Shown: positions 6,946 to 16,849, numbered from the stretch's first letter. The stretch is 64,000 bases of DNA from an uncultured Acidobacteriaceae bacterium (GCA_963758485.1 CAVWVM010000005.1:121988-185987), one strand, 5' to 3'. Translations and numbers: made by a program. The notes: generated from the sequence alone by a model not told the origin.

Positions 6946-8436
6946 ATGATCCGGGCAGTGAAGCGAATTGCTCCGATCGTTTTGCCCATGATCGCTGTTG
7001 ACCGCAGGGCAGCGCGGGCTCTTCACAAGCAGATCTACGATTCTTTCCGTTCGGCCATAGTTAATGGAAGCCTGCGGCCCGCGCAGAGAGTACCTTCAAC
7101 GCGGGTACTGGCATTAGAGCTGGGTGTATCCCGCTTCCCGATTCTTAATGCCTATGCGCAGCTCTTGGCGGAAGGCTTTTTCGAAAGCCGCGTGGGTGCG
7201 GGAACGATCGTTGCGGGCTCCCTTCCGCAACGCGCGACTTCCAGTCCGCCAAAAATGACGACACGAACTGTGGCCGGATCCGGCCCGCGGGCCGTCTCCC
7301 GAGGGGCTATGAGCCTACCCAGTTTCGAGCGCCCCGCCAGGCTGGGTTGGGGGGCATTCGGCGTTGGCCAAGTAGCGCTCGATCAGTTTCCAATGCACGA
7401 CTGGTCTCGAGTGGTGTCACGCCGCAACCGGAAAATGGATATCGCGTCGTTTCGATACGGCGATCCGTTAGGGTTGGGATCTCTGCGACAAGCGGTTGCG
7501 AGTTACCTGAGGACGGCGCGGTCCCTACGCTGCGAAGCCGATCAAATCATGATCGTCAGCGGTTCTCAGCACGCACTGGAGCTTAGTGCGCGGGTGCTGC
7601 TCGATCCGGGAGATTCGGTGTGGATCGAAGAGCCGGGTTACCGTTTTGCGCAGCACATCTTCAGGTTGAATGGCTCTGTCCTGGTACCGATTCCGGTGGA
7701 TAAGGAGGGTCTGGATGTAGCCGCCGGGATCAAGGCTTGCCGAAAGGCGCGGGTGGCGTTTGTTACGCCGTCTCATCAATTTCCGTTAGGGGTCACGATG
7801 AGCGCCTCGCGACGCCTGCAGTTGCTCGATTGGGCGAGAAGCAACGGATCGTGGATCATCGAGGATGACTACGACAGCGAGTATCGATATGAGAGCTTTC
7901 CTGTGGCACCCTTGCAGGGAGTCGACTCCAGCGATCGAGTGATCTACATCGGTACGTTCAGCAAGGTCTTGTTTCCATCGTTGCGCATCGGGTATGTGGT
8001 GATTCCACCGGACCTCATCAATTCTTTCCTAGCCGTACGACGTGCCATGGACCTATGTCCTCCAAGTTTCTCTCAGGAAGTGCTCGCCGATTTTATCGGG
8101 GAGGGCCATTTCGCGCGCCACATTCGAAGAATGAAAGTTCTTTATCAAGAGCGGAGAGATGCGCTGGTAGCGAGTATCGACAGGGAAATTGGATCGATGG
8201 TCGAAGTGCTCGGGAGCGAAGCAGGGATGCAGTTGACCGTTGCATTGCCCAAGGGCGCACGCGACGTGGAAATAGCGAAGAAAGCTGCGCTGCAGAATGT
8301 ATGGATGTGGCCACTTTCACCGTCCTATGTGGGCGAGCGGTCGCGTCCTGGGCTGATCTTAGGTTTCGGCAGTGCCGTTGTGTCAGAGATTCCGCGGGCA
8401 GTACGAAAGCTCCGTAGCGTGCTTGAGGCGAAGTAG
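6946..8436 (+). CDS. MocR/PdxR-type regulator (GntR wHTH fused to a PLP aminotransferase-like domain)
   Basis: N-terminal QIYDSFRSAIVNGSLRPAQRVPSTRVLALELGVSRFPILNAY (GntR HTH). C-terminal fold-type I domain with IGTFSKVLFPSLRIGY. Start uncertain (GTG 6907, ATG 6946 or ATG 6985). Confidence 0.8.
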   Translation: MIRAVKRIAPIVLPMIAVDRRAARALHKQIYDSFRSAIVNGSLRPAQRVPSTRVLALELGVSRFPILNAYAQLLAEGFFESRVGAGTIVAGSLPQRATSSPPKMTTRTVAGSGPRAVSRGAMSLPSFERPARLGWGAFGVGQVALDQFPMHDWSRVVSRRNRKMDIASFRYGDPLGLGSLRQAVASYLRTARSLRCEADQIMIVSGSQHALELSARVLLDPGDSVWIEEPGYRFAQHIFRLNGSVLVPIPVDKEGLDVAAGIKACRKARVAFVTPSHQFPLGVTMSASRRLQLLDWARSNGSWIIEDDYDSEYRYESFPVAPLQGVDSSDRVIYIGTFSKVLFPSLRIGYVVIPPDLINSFLAVRRAMDLCPPSFSQEVLADFIGEGHFARHIRRMKVLYQERRDALVASIDREIGSMVEVLGSEAGMQLTVALPKGARDVEIAKKAALQNVWMWPLSPSYVGERSRPGLILGFGSAVVSEIPRAVRKLRSVLEAK

Positions 8437-8542
8437 GATGCGTCAGTGATTTTCTCGAAAATCAAGCTTGGCGTTTGTCGATTTACGACTCTCCCGTTCG
8501 ACTTACCGGTGAGAGCAATTCAATTCACCTTGGAGAGATTCG

Positions 8543-8992
8543 ATGACGGATACCATTATTTCTAATCGCGCAATTTCCCAGAATGCGGCTTGGGGCAGCC
8601 GTCGTTCCGTAAATTTTGCCATGTGGGCAATTCAAGGTTTGCTGGCGGCTATGTTTATGTTCGCAGGGGTCATGAAACTTGTCATGCCTGTCGAAATGAT
8701 GACAAAGCAGATCTCGCTCCCGGGACTTTTTCTGCGATTCATCGGCTGCGCTGAAGTGCTGGGTGCATTGGGACTCGTACTGCCCTGGGGCTTCCGCATC
8801 CGACGTGAACTTACCCCAATGGCCGCTGTAGGGTTGATGGTGATTATGGTTGGGGCAACGGTTATCACCTACCACGTAAATGGACTCGCATCCGCATTAA
8901 TGCCAGTGGTCGTTGGATGCCTTCTCGCGATAGTGGCGTACGGGCGACGGTCGGCGTTGGCCAAAGAGAGCGAAGACCGCACGTCCTCTTAG
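8543..8992 (+). CDS. DoxX-family membrane protein
   Basis: Four hydrophobic segments. LLAAMFMFAGVMKL and FIGCAEVLGALGLVLP are typical of DoxX. Confidence 0.7.
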   Translation: MTDTIISNRAISQNAAWGSRRSVNFAMWAIQGLLAAMFMFAGVMKLVMPVEMMTKQISLPGLFLRFIGCAEVLGALGLVLPWGFRIRRELTPMAAVGLMVIMVGATVITYHVNGLASALMPVVVGCLLAIVAYGRRSALAKESEDRTSS

Positions 8993-9149
8993 GCTAAGCG
9001 TGGGTGCGGAATGGATCGATACCAGCGACGATTCCGGCAGATAGGGCGCGGGATTGGCTGTGCCCGGGCGCACGTCGCGAGAATTACTTCATTCGGCGAG
9101 ATTTCGAGCGGTAGAATGATTTCGCCGTTGATCGGCCCGACTAAACGTA

Positions 9150-11126
9150 ATGAAAGCCGCTAGAAAGACGCTCGCAAGCGGATCAAAAAAAACCACGAAG
9201 TCCCGCGTTTCCTCTAAGCATAAAAGCAACACCGCGTTTTCGCCATCGATCGAAGCCAGCGAGGAGCGGCTGCGCATGGCGATGGATGCAGCCAAAATCG
9301 GAACCTTCGACTGGAACATCGGCTCCGGAGAAATCTACTGGTCCCCTAACCTGGAATCGATGATGGGGTTGCCGGCTGGCGGCTTTGAGGGCAATTTCCA
9401 GGCTTTTGAAAAATATGTTTACCCCGAGGATTTACCTCGTGTGCAGCGCGCGGTGATGGATGCGACGCAATGCGGAGGGGATTATCGGACGGAATTCCGC
9501 ATGGTTCGGCCGGATGGAACGCTGCGCTGGGTGCAGGCTCGCGGACGATTTTTCTTCGACCATGCCGGAGTTCCGCTGCGCATGGTCGGAATCGACATCG
9601 ACATCAGTGACCGGAAAAGGGTGGAAGACGAACTGGTCCGCAGCCAAGCCGAGGCCAAGGCGCGGGCGGACGACCTGGCTGCCATTCTGGATGCCGTCCC
9701 CGCAATGACATTTATCGCGCACGATCCGGAGTGCCGGACGATGACGAGCAGCCGGGCGGCTTATGAAATGTTACGCATGACTCCCGGCGCGAACAGCTCG
9801 AAATCAGCACCGCCCGACGAACGGCCCAACCACTTCCAGACGACGAAGGACGGGCGGCTGCTTTCTCCTGAAGAATTGCCAGTGCAACGAGCCGCGGCCA
9901 CTGGAGAAGGGGTACGCAATGCGGAGATGAGCCTCGATTTCGATGATGGCACGAGCATCAATATTTTTGGCCATGCTGTTCCCTTGATGGATGGGGACAA
10001 GGTGCGGGGTGCGGTCGGGGCTTTCATAGACATCACCGACCTAAAAAGGGCGCAAGAAGAAGTGCGGAAGAGCGAATCTCGCCTCCGGCGGTTCGTCGAT
10101 TCAAATCTCATCGGAATTTTTACCTCGACGTTGGACGAGAACTTCATCCGAGCGAACGACACCTTCCTCAACATGCTCGGCTACTCTCGAGAGGAATTCG
10201 AATCCAGAAAGTTTAATTGGGTCGAGCTCACTCCACCCGAGCTGCGCGAACGGGGCGAGCAGGCAGTTGCCGAGCTCAGGGCTACGGGAGTATTTCCTCC
10301 TTTCGAAAAAGAGTATTTTCGAAAAGATGGTTCCCGGGTACCGATCTTGATCGGTGGGGCAGTGATAAGCGAAACTCCTCTGGAATGGATGTGTTTTGTG
10401 CTCGATCTTACGGAGCGCAGGCGCATTGAGGAGTTAAAAACCAAAGAGAGAATTCAACGGGAGCTGTTAGAGCATGAAATATTGGCTCGAGAAGAAGAGC
10501 GGAGGGCAATCGCGAGGGAGTTGCACGACGAATCCGGGCAAATGCTGGCCTCACTGTTGGCGGGGTTGCGCCTGATTGAAGATGCGAAAGATTTGAAAGA
10601 AGCCAAAGGACAGGTTCAAGCGCTCAAGAAGATCGCCGGGCTAACGATGGATGAACTCGGACGGCTGTCGCGCGGCCTGCACCCGCTGGCGCTTGACGAT
10701 CTTGGTCTGAAGGCAGCGCTGAAAACCTGCGTCGATGATTTTCGCCGGCTGCAACGCATTCAAGTGAAGCTTAGAGTGGTGGGGTTGGATTCGAGACGCC
10801 TGGCCAAAAATACCGAAGCGGGGTTGTATCGCATCGTGCAGGAAGCTCTCACTAACATTTCAAAGCATGCCCGAGCCAGCAAGGTGGGGATCCTTCTTAA
10901 TGTGGGGAGCAAATTTGTGGATTTAGAGATTTCTGACGATGGCCAGGGATTTGATCCCGAGCTCGTGACGGGTAATGGTCGGCATATGGGATTGCAGGGG
11001 ATGCGGGAACGCGCGGCGATGCTGGGTGGAGAGTTTACGCTGCAGTCGCGGCGGGGCGAGGGTACAATCAAGACGTTTCACATCCCCGCTGCATTCAGCA
11101 AATCGCAGGAAAGATCCCGGGCATGA
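9150..11126 (+). CDS. Multi-PAS sensor histidine kinase (HisKA_3/NarX type)
   Basis: Repeated PAS/PAC blocks (GTFDWNIGSGEIYWSP..., DITDLKRAQEE...). H-box ARELHDESGQ. ATPase blocks QEALTNISKHA and DDGQGF. Stop overlaps the downstream regulator start (ATGA). Confidence 0.85.
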   Translation: MKAARKTLASGSKKTTKSRVSSKHKSNTAFSPSIEASEERLRMAMDAAKIGTFDWNIGSGEIYWSPNLESMMGLPAGGFEGNFQAFEKYVYPEDLPRVQRAVMDATQCGGDYRTEFRMVRPDGTLRWVQARGRFFFDHAGVPLRMVGIDIDISDRKRVEDELVRSQAEAKARADDLAAILDAVPAMTFIAHDPECRTMTSSRAAYEMLRMTPGANSSKSAPPDERPNHFQTTKDGRLLSPEELPVQRAAATGEGVRNAEMSLDFDDGTSINIFGHAVPLMDGDKVRGAVGAFIDITDLKRAQEEVRKSESRLRRFVDSNLIGIFTSTLDENFIRANDTFLNMLGYSREEFESRKFNWVELTPPELRERGEQAVAELRATGVFPPFEKEYFRKDGSRVPILIGGAVISETPLEWMCFVLDLTERRRIEELKTKERIQRELLEHEILAREEERRAIARELHDESGQMLASLLAGLRLIEDAKDLKEAKGQVQALKKIAGLTMDELGRLSRGLHPLALDDLGLKAALKTCVDDFRRLQRIQVKLRVVGLDSRRLAKNTEAGLYRIVQEALTNISKHARASKVGILLNVGSKFVDLEISDDGQGFDPELVTGNGRHMGLQGMRERAAMLGGEFTLQSRRGEGTIKTFHIPAAFSKSQERSRA

Positions 11127-11827
11127 AAAAGAAATCCGCGATCAGCGTGATCATCGCCGATGACCACACGATTTTGCGGGCCGGACTGCGCATGTTGCTG
11201 CGCGCACAATCCGATATCAAGGTGGCGGGTGAAGCGGCCGATGGAGAGCAAGCGCTGGAACAAGTGCGGTCCAAGAAGCCGGACGTGTTGCTGATCGATA
11301 TCAGCATGCCGGGAATCAGCGGAATTGAGGCGGCGGCAGAACTGAAGAGAAGGCATTCTCTGACCCGAGTCATCATTCTTACCATGCATGCGGAGCCGGC
11401 TTATCTTGAATCGGCGCTGGCAGCGGGCGCTGCGGGATATGTGTTGAAGAGGGCGCTCGACTCCGATCTGGTGTCTGCAATCCGAGCCGCGCATGAAGGA
11501 CGGACATTCATCGACTCGGGCGTAACCGAACATTTGGTGCAAAAAGCTTTGGGTTCTCCGAGGCATTTTAAAGTGACGGCACAAAACGCGCATGACCTGT
11601 TGAGCCGCCGGGAACTGCAAGTGCTGACACTGGTGGCAGAGGGCTACACGAACCAGCAGATTTCTGCGCAGATCTTTGTAAGCGTGAAGAGTGTGGAAAC
11701 ATACCGCGCCCGCTTGCTTAAGAAGTTACAGATCAGCACCCGTCGTGAAATAGTGCGTTATGCCATTGAAGCGGGCCTGCTTGCTCGCAGTGCGGGAGTT
11801 CGCTCGAATCCCGCTAAACTCGCCTAA
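11123..11827 (+). CDS. NarL/LuxR-family response regulator
   Basis: REC domain (VIIADDH...DVLLIDISMPG...TMH) plus LuxR HTH (LSRRELQVLTLVAEGYTNQQISAQIFVSVKSVETYR). Confidence 0.9.
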   Translation: MKKKSAISVIIADDHTILRAGLRMLLRAQSDIKVAGEAADGEQALEQVRSKKPDVLLIDISMPGISGIEAAAELKRRHSLTRVIILTMHAEPAYLESALAAGAAGYVLKRALDSDLVSAIRAAHEGRTFIDSGVTEHLVQKALGSPRHFKVTAQNAHDLLSRRELQVLTLVAEGYTNQQISAQIFVSVKSVETYRARLLKKLQISTRREIVRYAIEAGLLARSAGVRSNPAKLA

Positions 11828-11848
11828 AATTCTCTTTCCTCCATCAAT

Positions 11849-11877
11849 CCTGTCAGGTTTTAACTGACAGTTCTTTC
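11849..11877 (+). terminator. Candidate terminator hairpin after the two-component operon
   Basis: CCTGTCAG-GTTTTAA-CTGACAG followed by TTCTTTCG. Short stem and weak T-tract. Confidence 0.35.
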
Positions 11878-11979
11878 GCGGACAATCCTGATTTTAAGAT
11901 GGCGGAATTGCTTGCATACTGCTTACTGGGGCACACCTGCAACGTCAAAATCGTACATTTCGATCGAGTGGGGTTTGCA

Positions 11980-12235
11980 ATGAACGTCAACGAAAAGATG
12001 GGAGATAACAGCATTCCCACCGGGTCCCAGACGTGGAGAGAGTTGGTCCATGCGGCGCTCCTGGAACTTGACTCGAAACAATTGGCGGTCAAGATTGAAA
12101 TCGCGACGAAATGCGATCAGGCAGCGGATCGCGGAATTGGAAAGCTCGGGGGCCTACGAAGGGGACGAACGGTCCGCGCTGCGAGACGGAATGAATTCGA
12201 TAAGAACACTGGAGAATATCCTGCGCCACCCGTGA
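11980..12235 (+). pseudogene. Small conserved-looking hypothetical, split by a +1 frame change
   Basis: The N-terminal half ...WRELVHAALLELDSKQLAVKIEIAT is in one frame. The C-terminal half NAIRQRIAELESSGAYEGDERSALRDGMNSIRTLENILRHP is in the next frame. The junction is at AAA 12109-12111. Confidence 0.4.
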
Positions 12236-12301
12236 AGGTTCAGGAAATCGAATCGGCCGCATCGGCCGGAGCGGGGTTAGAATAGGGCTGGAGCAGTTGC
12301 C

Positions 12302-12694
12302 GTGACTTCTGACGCCGTTGCAGTTTCCCCTGGTTCGCGCTTTCGAACCGCGATGATGATAGCCATCATTGCAGACGCGGTTCAAATCATCATCTTTCCC
12401 TTCTTCGTTGAGGGCGCATTGTCGCCGGCAGAGGACATACTCGATTTTGGAGTGGGAGCCTTGCTGGTGAACCTTCTGGGCTGGCACTGGGAATTTCTTC
12501 CATCGTTTCTGGCGAAACTCGTACCGGGAGTGGATCTGGTTCCGATGTGGACCATGGCTGTGGCGAACGTCTACCGGAAGACGAAGCGGATGACAGAACC
12601 GGCCGAAGAGAGGGTTGAGACGCAGGCAGCGCTGGGCGAGGGAAAGGTCATCGAGGGCGGCGTGATTGATAGCGGATCGAGCAGCCGCCGCTAA
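12302..12694 (+). CDS. Hypothetical membrane protein
   Basis: GTG start. Hydrophobic segments AMMIAIIADAVQIIIFPFF and FGVGALLVNLLGW. No family recognised. Confidence 0.45.
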   Translation: MTSDAVAVSPGSRFRTAMMIAIIADAVQIIIFPFFVEGALSPAEDILDFGVGALLVNLLGWHWEFLPSFLAKLVPGVDLVPMWTMAVANVYRKTKRMTEPAEERVETQAALGEGKVIEGGVIDSGSSSRR

Positions 12695-12713
12695 CATCGG
12701 AGCGAGCAGGCTT

Positions 12714-13922
12714 CTAGGGCTTGATCGTGACCATTACGATTCCATGAGGAGCTACGGCAGAAGAGAATTTTCCCGCAACCGCGCCAATGTCTTTGTGCTG
12801 CCAGAGGTCGCGGACGGAAGCGCTTAAGTGCTCGGGATAGCCGAGATCCTGCCAGTTTGCTGAAACTCGCGCTTCCGTATTTCCACGATTCAACAGCACC
12901 ACGGCGCGGCTGCCGTCGGTTAGCTGTTTGGCCCAGACTTCCAGGTCGCCGTTTTTCCAGACGCGCTCGCCTTCGCGGCCCAACTGATCCTGATCGACGG
13001 CAATCACTTCTTTGTTAGTGAGAATGTCGCGAATTTCGGGGCGCATGTTTCTTAGGTCGTTGCCCGCGATGAGGGGTGCGGCGAGAATTGCCCACAGGCT
13101 GAAGTGGGCGCGGTATTCCGTGTCAGTCATGCCGCCGTTGCCTACTTCGAGCATGTCCGGATCGTTCCAGTGGCCGGGTCCGGCGAAGGATTGCAGTCCC
13201 ACTTGCTGGTCGACGATGGCAAGCATTCCATTGGAGCAGCAGGTTCCATCGGGCCACTTATTCTGGCCGGCCCACTTGTCGGTGATGTCGCCAGTGGTGC
13301 GCCACAAGTTACCGCCAACTTCCTTTCCCCAGAGCCAGGGCTTGGCTGTACCCCACTCGCAAATGCTCAGCACGATGGCGCGGCCGGACGCGTCAAGCGC
13401 GGCGCGCATGTTTGCGTAAGAAGCCTTCGCATCCTGAGTGGTGGTGTTGCACCAATCATATTTCAGATAGTCAACGCCCCATGCGGCGTATTGAATCGCG
13501 TCCTGATATTCGTGCCCGAGGCCGCCGGGGCGTCCAGCACAGGTCTTCGAGCCCGCGTCGGAATAGACACCGAACTTGAGACCCAGAGAGTGAATGTAAT
13601 CGCCAACTGCTTTCATCCCATGGGGAAAACGCTGGGGATCGGCGACGATGTTGCCGCTTGCGTCGCGACTTACCTGCCAGCAGTCGTCGATGTTGACGTA
13701 TTGGTATCCGGCGTCCTTCATGCCGGACTTGACCATGGCGTCTGCCATATCGCGAATCATGTCTTCGCTGATGTTGCAGGCAAACTTATTCCAGGAATTC
13801 CAGCCCATGGGCGGGGTGAGGGCGAGACTGCCTGAGACGAATTTGTTTTCCTGGGCGCTTAGGATGGCGGAGAGAAGTAAAACAGCGAGAAGAGCGACCG
13901 GGATTTGCTTGCATTTACTCAT
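12714..13922 (-). CDS. Alpha-galactosidase, GH27, secreted
   Basis: Signal peptide, then PPMGWNSWNKF...YQYVNIDDCWQ...LKFGVYSDAG..TC...DYLKYDWC, the GH27 signature order. Confidence 0.9.
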   Translation of the reverse strand: MSKCKQIPVALLAVLLLSAILSAQENKFVSGSLALTPPMGWNSWNKFACNISEDMIRDMADAMVKSGMKDAGYQYVNIDDCWQVSRDASGNIVADPQRFPHGMKAVGDYIHSLGLKFGVYSDAGSKTCAGRPGGLGHEYQDAIQYAAWGVDYLKYDWCNTTTQDAKASYANMRAALDASGRAIVLSICEWGTAKPWLWGKEVGGNLWRTTGDITDKWAGQNKWPDGTCCSNGMLAIVDQQVGLQSFAGPGHWNDPDMLEVGNGGMTDTEYRAHFSLWAILAAPLIAGNDLRNMRPEIRDILTNKEVIAVDQDQLGREGERVWKNGDLEVWAKQLTDGSRAVVLLNRGNTEARVSANWQDLGYPEHLSASVRDLWQHKDIGAVAGKFSSAVAPHGIVMVTIKP

Positions 13923-13972
13923 GCGAGCTCTGCACCAGAAAAAGAATTACTGAGGCTGTGGTCGACGCGACG

Positions 13973-14200
13973 CTAAAGGTTATCGACGAATTCCTCTATC
14001 GTCACACCAGCTTGTTTCAGGATGCTGCGCAGGGTTCCCGTTGCCAACTCAGGGTGCAATGGAACGACGCAGCCGCCCACGACATCCCGTCCAAGTCGCT
14101 TCAGAACAGCATGGCTGCCGCGCTGCCGCACTTGAACGAAGCCCAAGCGACCGAGTGCGCGGATGGTCTCAGCCCCTGAAACGCGAGGCAGCTTAGGCAT
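13973..14200 (-). CDS. hicA: HicA-family toxin (mRNA interferase)
   Basis: 75 aa: ...ETIRALGRLGFVQVRQRGSHAVLKR...VVPLHPELATGTLRSILKQAGVTIEEF. Overlaps the upstream antitoxin gene by 8 nt. Confidence 0.8.
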   Translation of the reverse strand: MPKLPRVSGAETIRALGRLGFVQVRQRGSHAVLKRLGRDVVGGCVVPLHPELATGTLRSILKQAGVTIEEFVDNL

Positions 14201-14402
14201 AACGGGCTTCGAAAACCGTTACGAGAGGACGACCGGAGCTCAAAGGTGGAAACTCTTCGAGATAGAGCTCGGTTGCTTCTTTGAGATTGGCAATAGCTTC
14301 CTCGACTGTGATTCCCTGGCTGACAGTTCCAACTTCTGGGCAATCGGCCACGTAGAATTCGCCTTCTTTGTGCAAGACAGCGGTGAATGTGCCTATTGGC
14401 AT
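14193..14402 (-). CDS. hicB: HicB-like antitoxin (UPF0150 fold, no DNA-binding extension)
   Basis: 69 aa: FTAVLHKEGEFYVADCPEVGTVSQGITVEEAIANLKEATELYLEE. Confidence 0.75.
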   Translation of the reverse strand: MPIGTFTAVLHKEGEFYVADCPEVGTVSQGITVEEAIANLKEATELYLEEFPPLSSGRPLVTVFEARYA

Positions 14403-14426
14403 GGCGACTCCTGATGTTGCATTCTT

Positions 14427-16223
14427 TTAAACTAACGTGTACTTTCCGCGTTCGAGCATCCTCTGCGCGATCTGCTGCCGCAGTTCGATGGTGTTGAACG
14501 GTTCGTACTTCGCGAGCCGGCGCAAAATTGCCAGTTGAGTACGAAGCATGTCGCCATCGGCCACGGCGGCGATCACCTTCTTGGCAGCCGATTCAACTTT
14601 TTCCATGGCTTGGGAAAGATAAACACGGGTCATGGCGATGGGGAGAGCGGCGGCAGAGTCGCCTTTGGTTTCAGCAATTTTCTGTGCGCGCAGGACAGCG
14701 GATTCCATAGCGTAGGTCTCGATCGTCATGTCGGCGATGGCGCCCATGATTTCCTGCTGGTCCTGGATTGCCTGCATATATTTCTGCGTGGCGGCTCCGG
14801 CGGCAAACAAGCCGAGTTTCTTGGCCTGGGACACGAGCTTGCGCTCGTCGGGAAGGGGACCTTCGAGATCTTCGCTGGCTGAAGGGCCGGAGAGAACTTC
14901 GTCCATCAGCTTCTTGATGGCCGGCATGAGAGGTAACTGGCCACTCATGGCGCGCTTCAAAAGAAAGCCTGTGATGATGAGGCGGTTGATTTCATTGGTG
15001 CCTTCGAAGATGCGGTTGATGCGGGCGTCGCGGTAGGCGCGCTCCGCCGGATATTCTTCCACGAAGCCGTAGCCGGCGTAGATCTGCAGGCTCTCGTCAA
15101 CGATGTAGTCGACCATTTCCGAGCCCCAGACTTTGATAATGGAGCACTCGACGGCGTACTCCTCGATGGCTTTGCGGGCTTCCTTCATTGCTTCCGCGCC
15201 GGTTTTGTCGACCTCGCCGAGAGCCACGTCCATCATTCCGACGGTGCGGTAGACCAGCGATTCGCCGACGTAAAGCAGCGTAGCCATGTTCGCGATTTTT
15301 TCCCGGACCAGACCGAAGTCAGCGATCGGCTTGCCGAAGGCCTTCCGCTGTTTTGCGTAGCCGATGGCATTTTCGAGCGATACGCGGCCGCCGCCCACGC
15401 ACATGGCTCCCAGCTTGAAACGGCCGATGTTCAGGATGTTGAAGGCGATCACATGGCCGCGTCCAATTTCGCCGAGCAGATTCTCCACCGGCACTTTGCA
15501 ATCATTCAGAATGATGGGGCAAGTGGAAGAGCCGCGAATCCCCATCTTGTGCTCTTCGGCACCGACAGAAAACCCGGGAAAAGTTCGCTCGATGAGGAAT
15601 GCGGACAGCTTGCCGTCGGTGTTGGCGAACACGGTGAACAGATCAGCAAAGCCGGCGTTCGTAATCCACATTTTTTCGCCGTTCAAAATGTAATGCTTGC
15701 CGTCAGAAGAAAGCTCGGCGCGGGTGCGGGAGTTCATGGCGTCGGAGCCGGAAGTGGATTCTGATAGCGCGTAGGCGCCGACAATCTCGCCGGAGGCGAG
15801 ACGGGGAAGATACTTTTTCTTCTGGTCTTCGGTGCCGAAATAAACGATGGGCAGCAATCCGATGCCGCTGTGCGCGCCCCAGGTGGTGGCAAAGCCGGCA
15901 TATTTCGCGAGGTGGTCGGCGATGACCGCGGCGGTGACTTTGTCCATTTCCAGGCCGCCGTAGGCTTCGGGAATTTCGACACCGCTGAGACCGAGCTCGC
16001 CCGCTTTCTTCAGAAGGTCGCGAGAGATGGAAAAGTCCTTGTGCTCGATTTTCTCGGCATTGGGAAGGATCTCATTGACGGCGAATTCTTCTGCTGTCTG
16101 ACCGATGAGTTGGTGCTGCTCGGTGAAATCTTCGGGAGTGAAGACTTCTTCAGTGCGGCGGGTTTCAAGGAGGAAGCTGCCGCCGGAGATCTTCGTTTGG
16201 GGAGTTGCGGTGGTGCTCGCCAT
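14427..16223 (-). CDS. Acyl-CoA dehydrogenase (long form)
   Basis: ACAD blocks GAYALSESTSGSDA, WITNAG and RIFEGTNEI. ATG at 16223 (MASTTATPQ...); the longest ORF extends to 16235. Confidence 0.85.
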   Translation of the reverse strand: MASTTATPQTKISGGSFLLETRRTEEVFTPEDFTEQHQLIGQTAEEFAVNEILPNAEKIEHKDFSISRDLLKKAGELGLSGVEIPEAYGGLEMDKVTAAVIADHLAKYAGFATTWGAHSGIGLLPIVYFGTEDQKKKYLPRLASGEIVGAYALSESTSGSDAMNSRTRAELSSDGKHYILNGEKMWITNAGFADLFTVFANTDGKLSAFLIERTFPGFSVGAEEHKMGIRGSSTCPIILNDCKVPVENLLGEIGRGHVIAFNILNIGRFKLGAMCVGGGRVSLENAIGYAKQRKAFGKPIADFGLVREKIANMATLLYVGESLVYRTVGMMDVALGEVDKTGAEAMKEARKAIEEYAVECSIIKVWGSEMVDYIVDESLQIYAGYGFVEEYPAERAYRDARINRIFEGTNEINRLIITGFLLKRAMSGQLPLMPAIKKLMDEVLSGPSASEDLEGPLPDERKLVSQAKKLGLFAAGAATQKYMQAIQDQQEIMGAIADMTIETYAMESAVLRAQKIAETKGDSAAALPIAMTRVYLSQAMEKVESAAKKVIAAVADGDMLRTQLAILRRLAKYEPFNTIELRQQIAQRMLERGKYTLV

Positions 16224-16236
16224 AGAACCTTTCAAC

Positions 16237-16274
16237 CACGAAGGACACCAAGGTTCACTAAGGAAATCTCTAAG
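16237..16274. repeat. Direct repeat flanking the GxxExxY cassette (left copy)
   Basis: CACGAAGGACACCAAGGTTCACTAAGGAAATCTCTAAG versus 16807-16849: 4 mismatches and one 5-nt indel. Internal period of about 9-10 nt (CACNAAGGA). Also forms the left arm of a 10-bp inverted repeat, AACCACGAAG 16234-16243 with CTTCGTGGTT 16303-16312. Confidence 0.85.
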
Positions 16275-16319
16275 CTGAAAGACTTCAGTGTTACTTCCTG
16301 AGCTTCGTGGTTAATGCTT

Positions 16320-16730
16320 TTATTTCCAGTTTGTTCCGTTCACAAAGCGTTTGATGCCGTCTTTCAAATGGACAACATTGAAGTTTATAAGCAATCCGAT
16401 GGATTTGCCACTGAGCTTGAGATAGGAAAGAATCTGCGCGTGATGGACGGGTGAGACGGCCTCGACCGACTTGATTTCCACCACTACCAGGTCTTCCGCC
16501 AGCAGGTCGATACGATAGCCGAGTTCGAGCTTTACTCCGAAGTAAACGACGGGGAGACCTACCTGCACCGCAGACCGGACGCCGGCCGTGGATAGTTCGT
16601 ATTGCAGGCAGGCTGTGTAGGTGCTTTCCAGAAGGCCCGGGCCCAGTTCGGTGTGGACTTTCATCGCCGCGGTGATTATGGCGTGACTGACTTGCTGGGG
16701 GCTGGAAATGTGAATTGGGACGGTGGCCAT
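16320..16730 (-). CDS. GxxExxY protein (PDDEXK_3 family)
   Basis: 136 aa. HTELGPGLLESTYTACLQYEL contains the G..E..Y motif. Followed by DLLAEDLVVVEIKSVE (D...ExK). Confidence 0.85.
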   Translation of the reverse strand: MATVPIHISSPQQVSHAIITAAMKVHTELGPGLLESTYTACLQYELSTAGVRSAVQVGLPVVYFGVKLELGYRIDLLAEDLVVVEIKSVEAVSPVHHAQILSYLKLSGKSIGLLINFNVVHLKDGIKRFVNGTNWK

Positions 16731-16753
16731 GATACCTCCAGTTGAGAGGTATC
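16731..16753 (-). promoter_or_regulatory. Perfect 8-bp hairpin sequestering the SD of the GxxExxY gene
   Basis: Coding strand reads GATACCTC-TCAACTG-GAGGTATC-ATG. The GGAGG lies in the 3-prime arm. Confidence 0.5.
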
Positions 16754-16806
16754 GAATTTTGCATAATCAGTCCAGGTCGGACGTCACAGCAAACGAAATA
16801 ATTTAT

Positions 16807-16849
16807 CACTAAGGACACTAAGGTTCACGAAGTAAACGAAATCTCCAAG
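16807..16849. repeat. Direct repeat flanking the GxxExxY cassette (right copy)
   Basis: CACTAAGGACACTAAGGTTCACGAAGTAAACGAAATCTCCAAG; see 16237-16274. Confidence 0.85.

Noticed and set aside
8448-8463. AT-rich palindrome GATTTTC-TC-GAAAATC after the MocR-type regulator gene
   Set aside because: The stem is short and weak, with no T-tract and no second copy. There is not enough evidence to call it a terminator or an operator.
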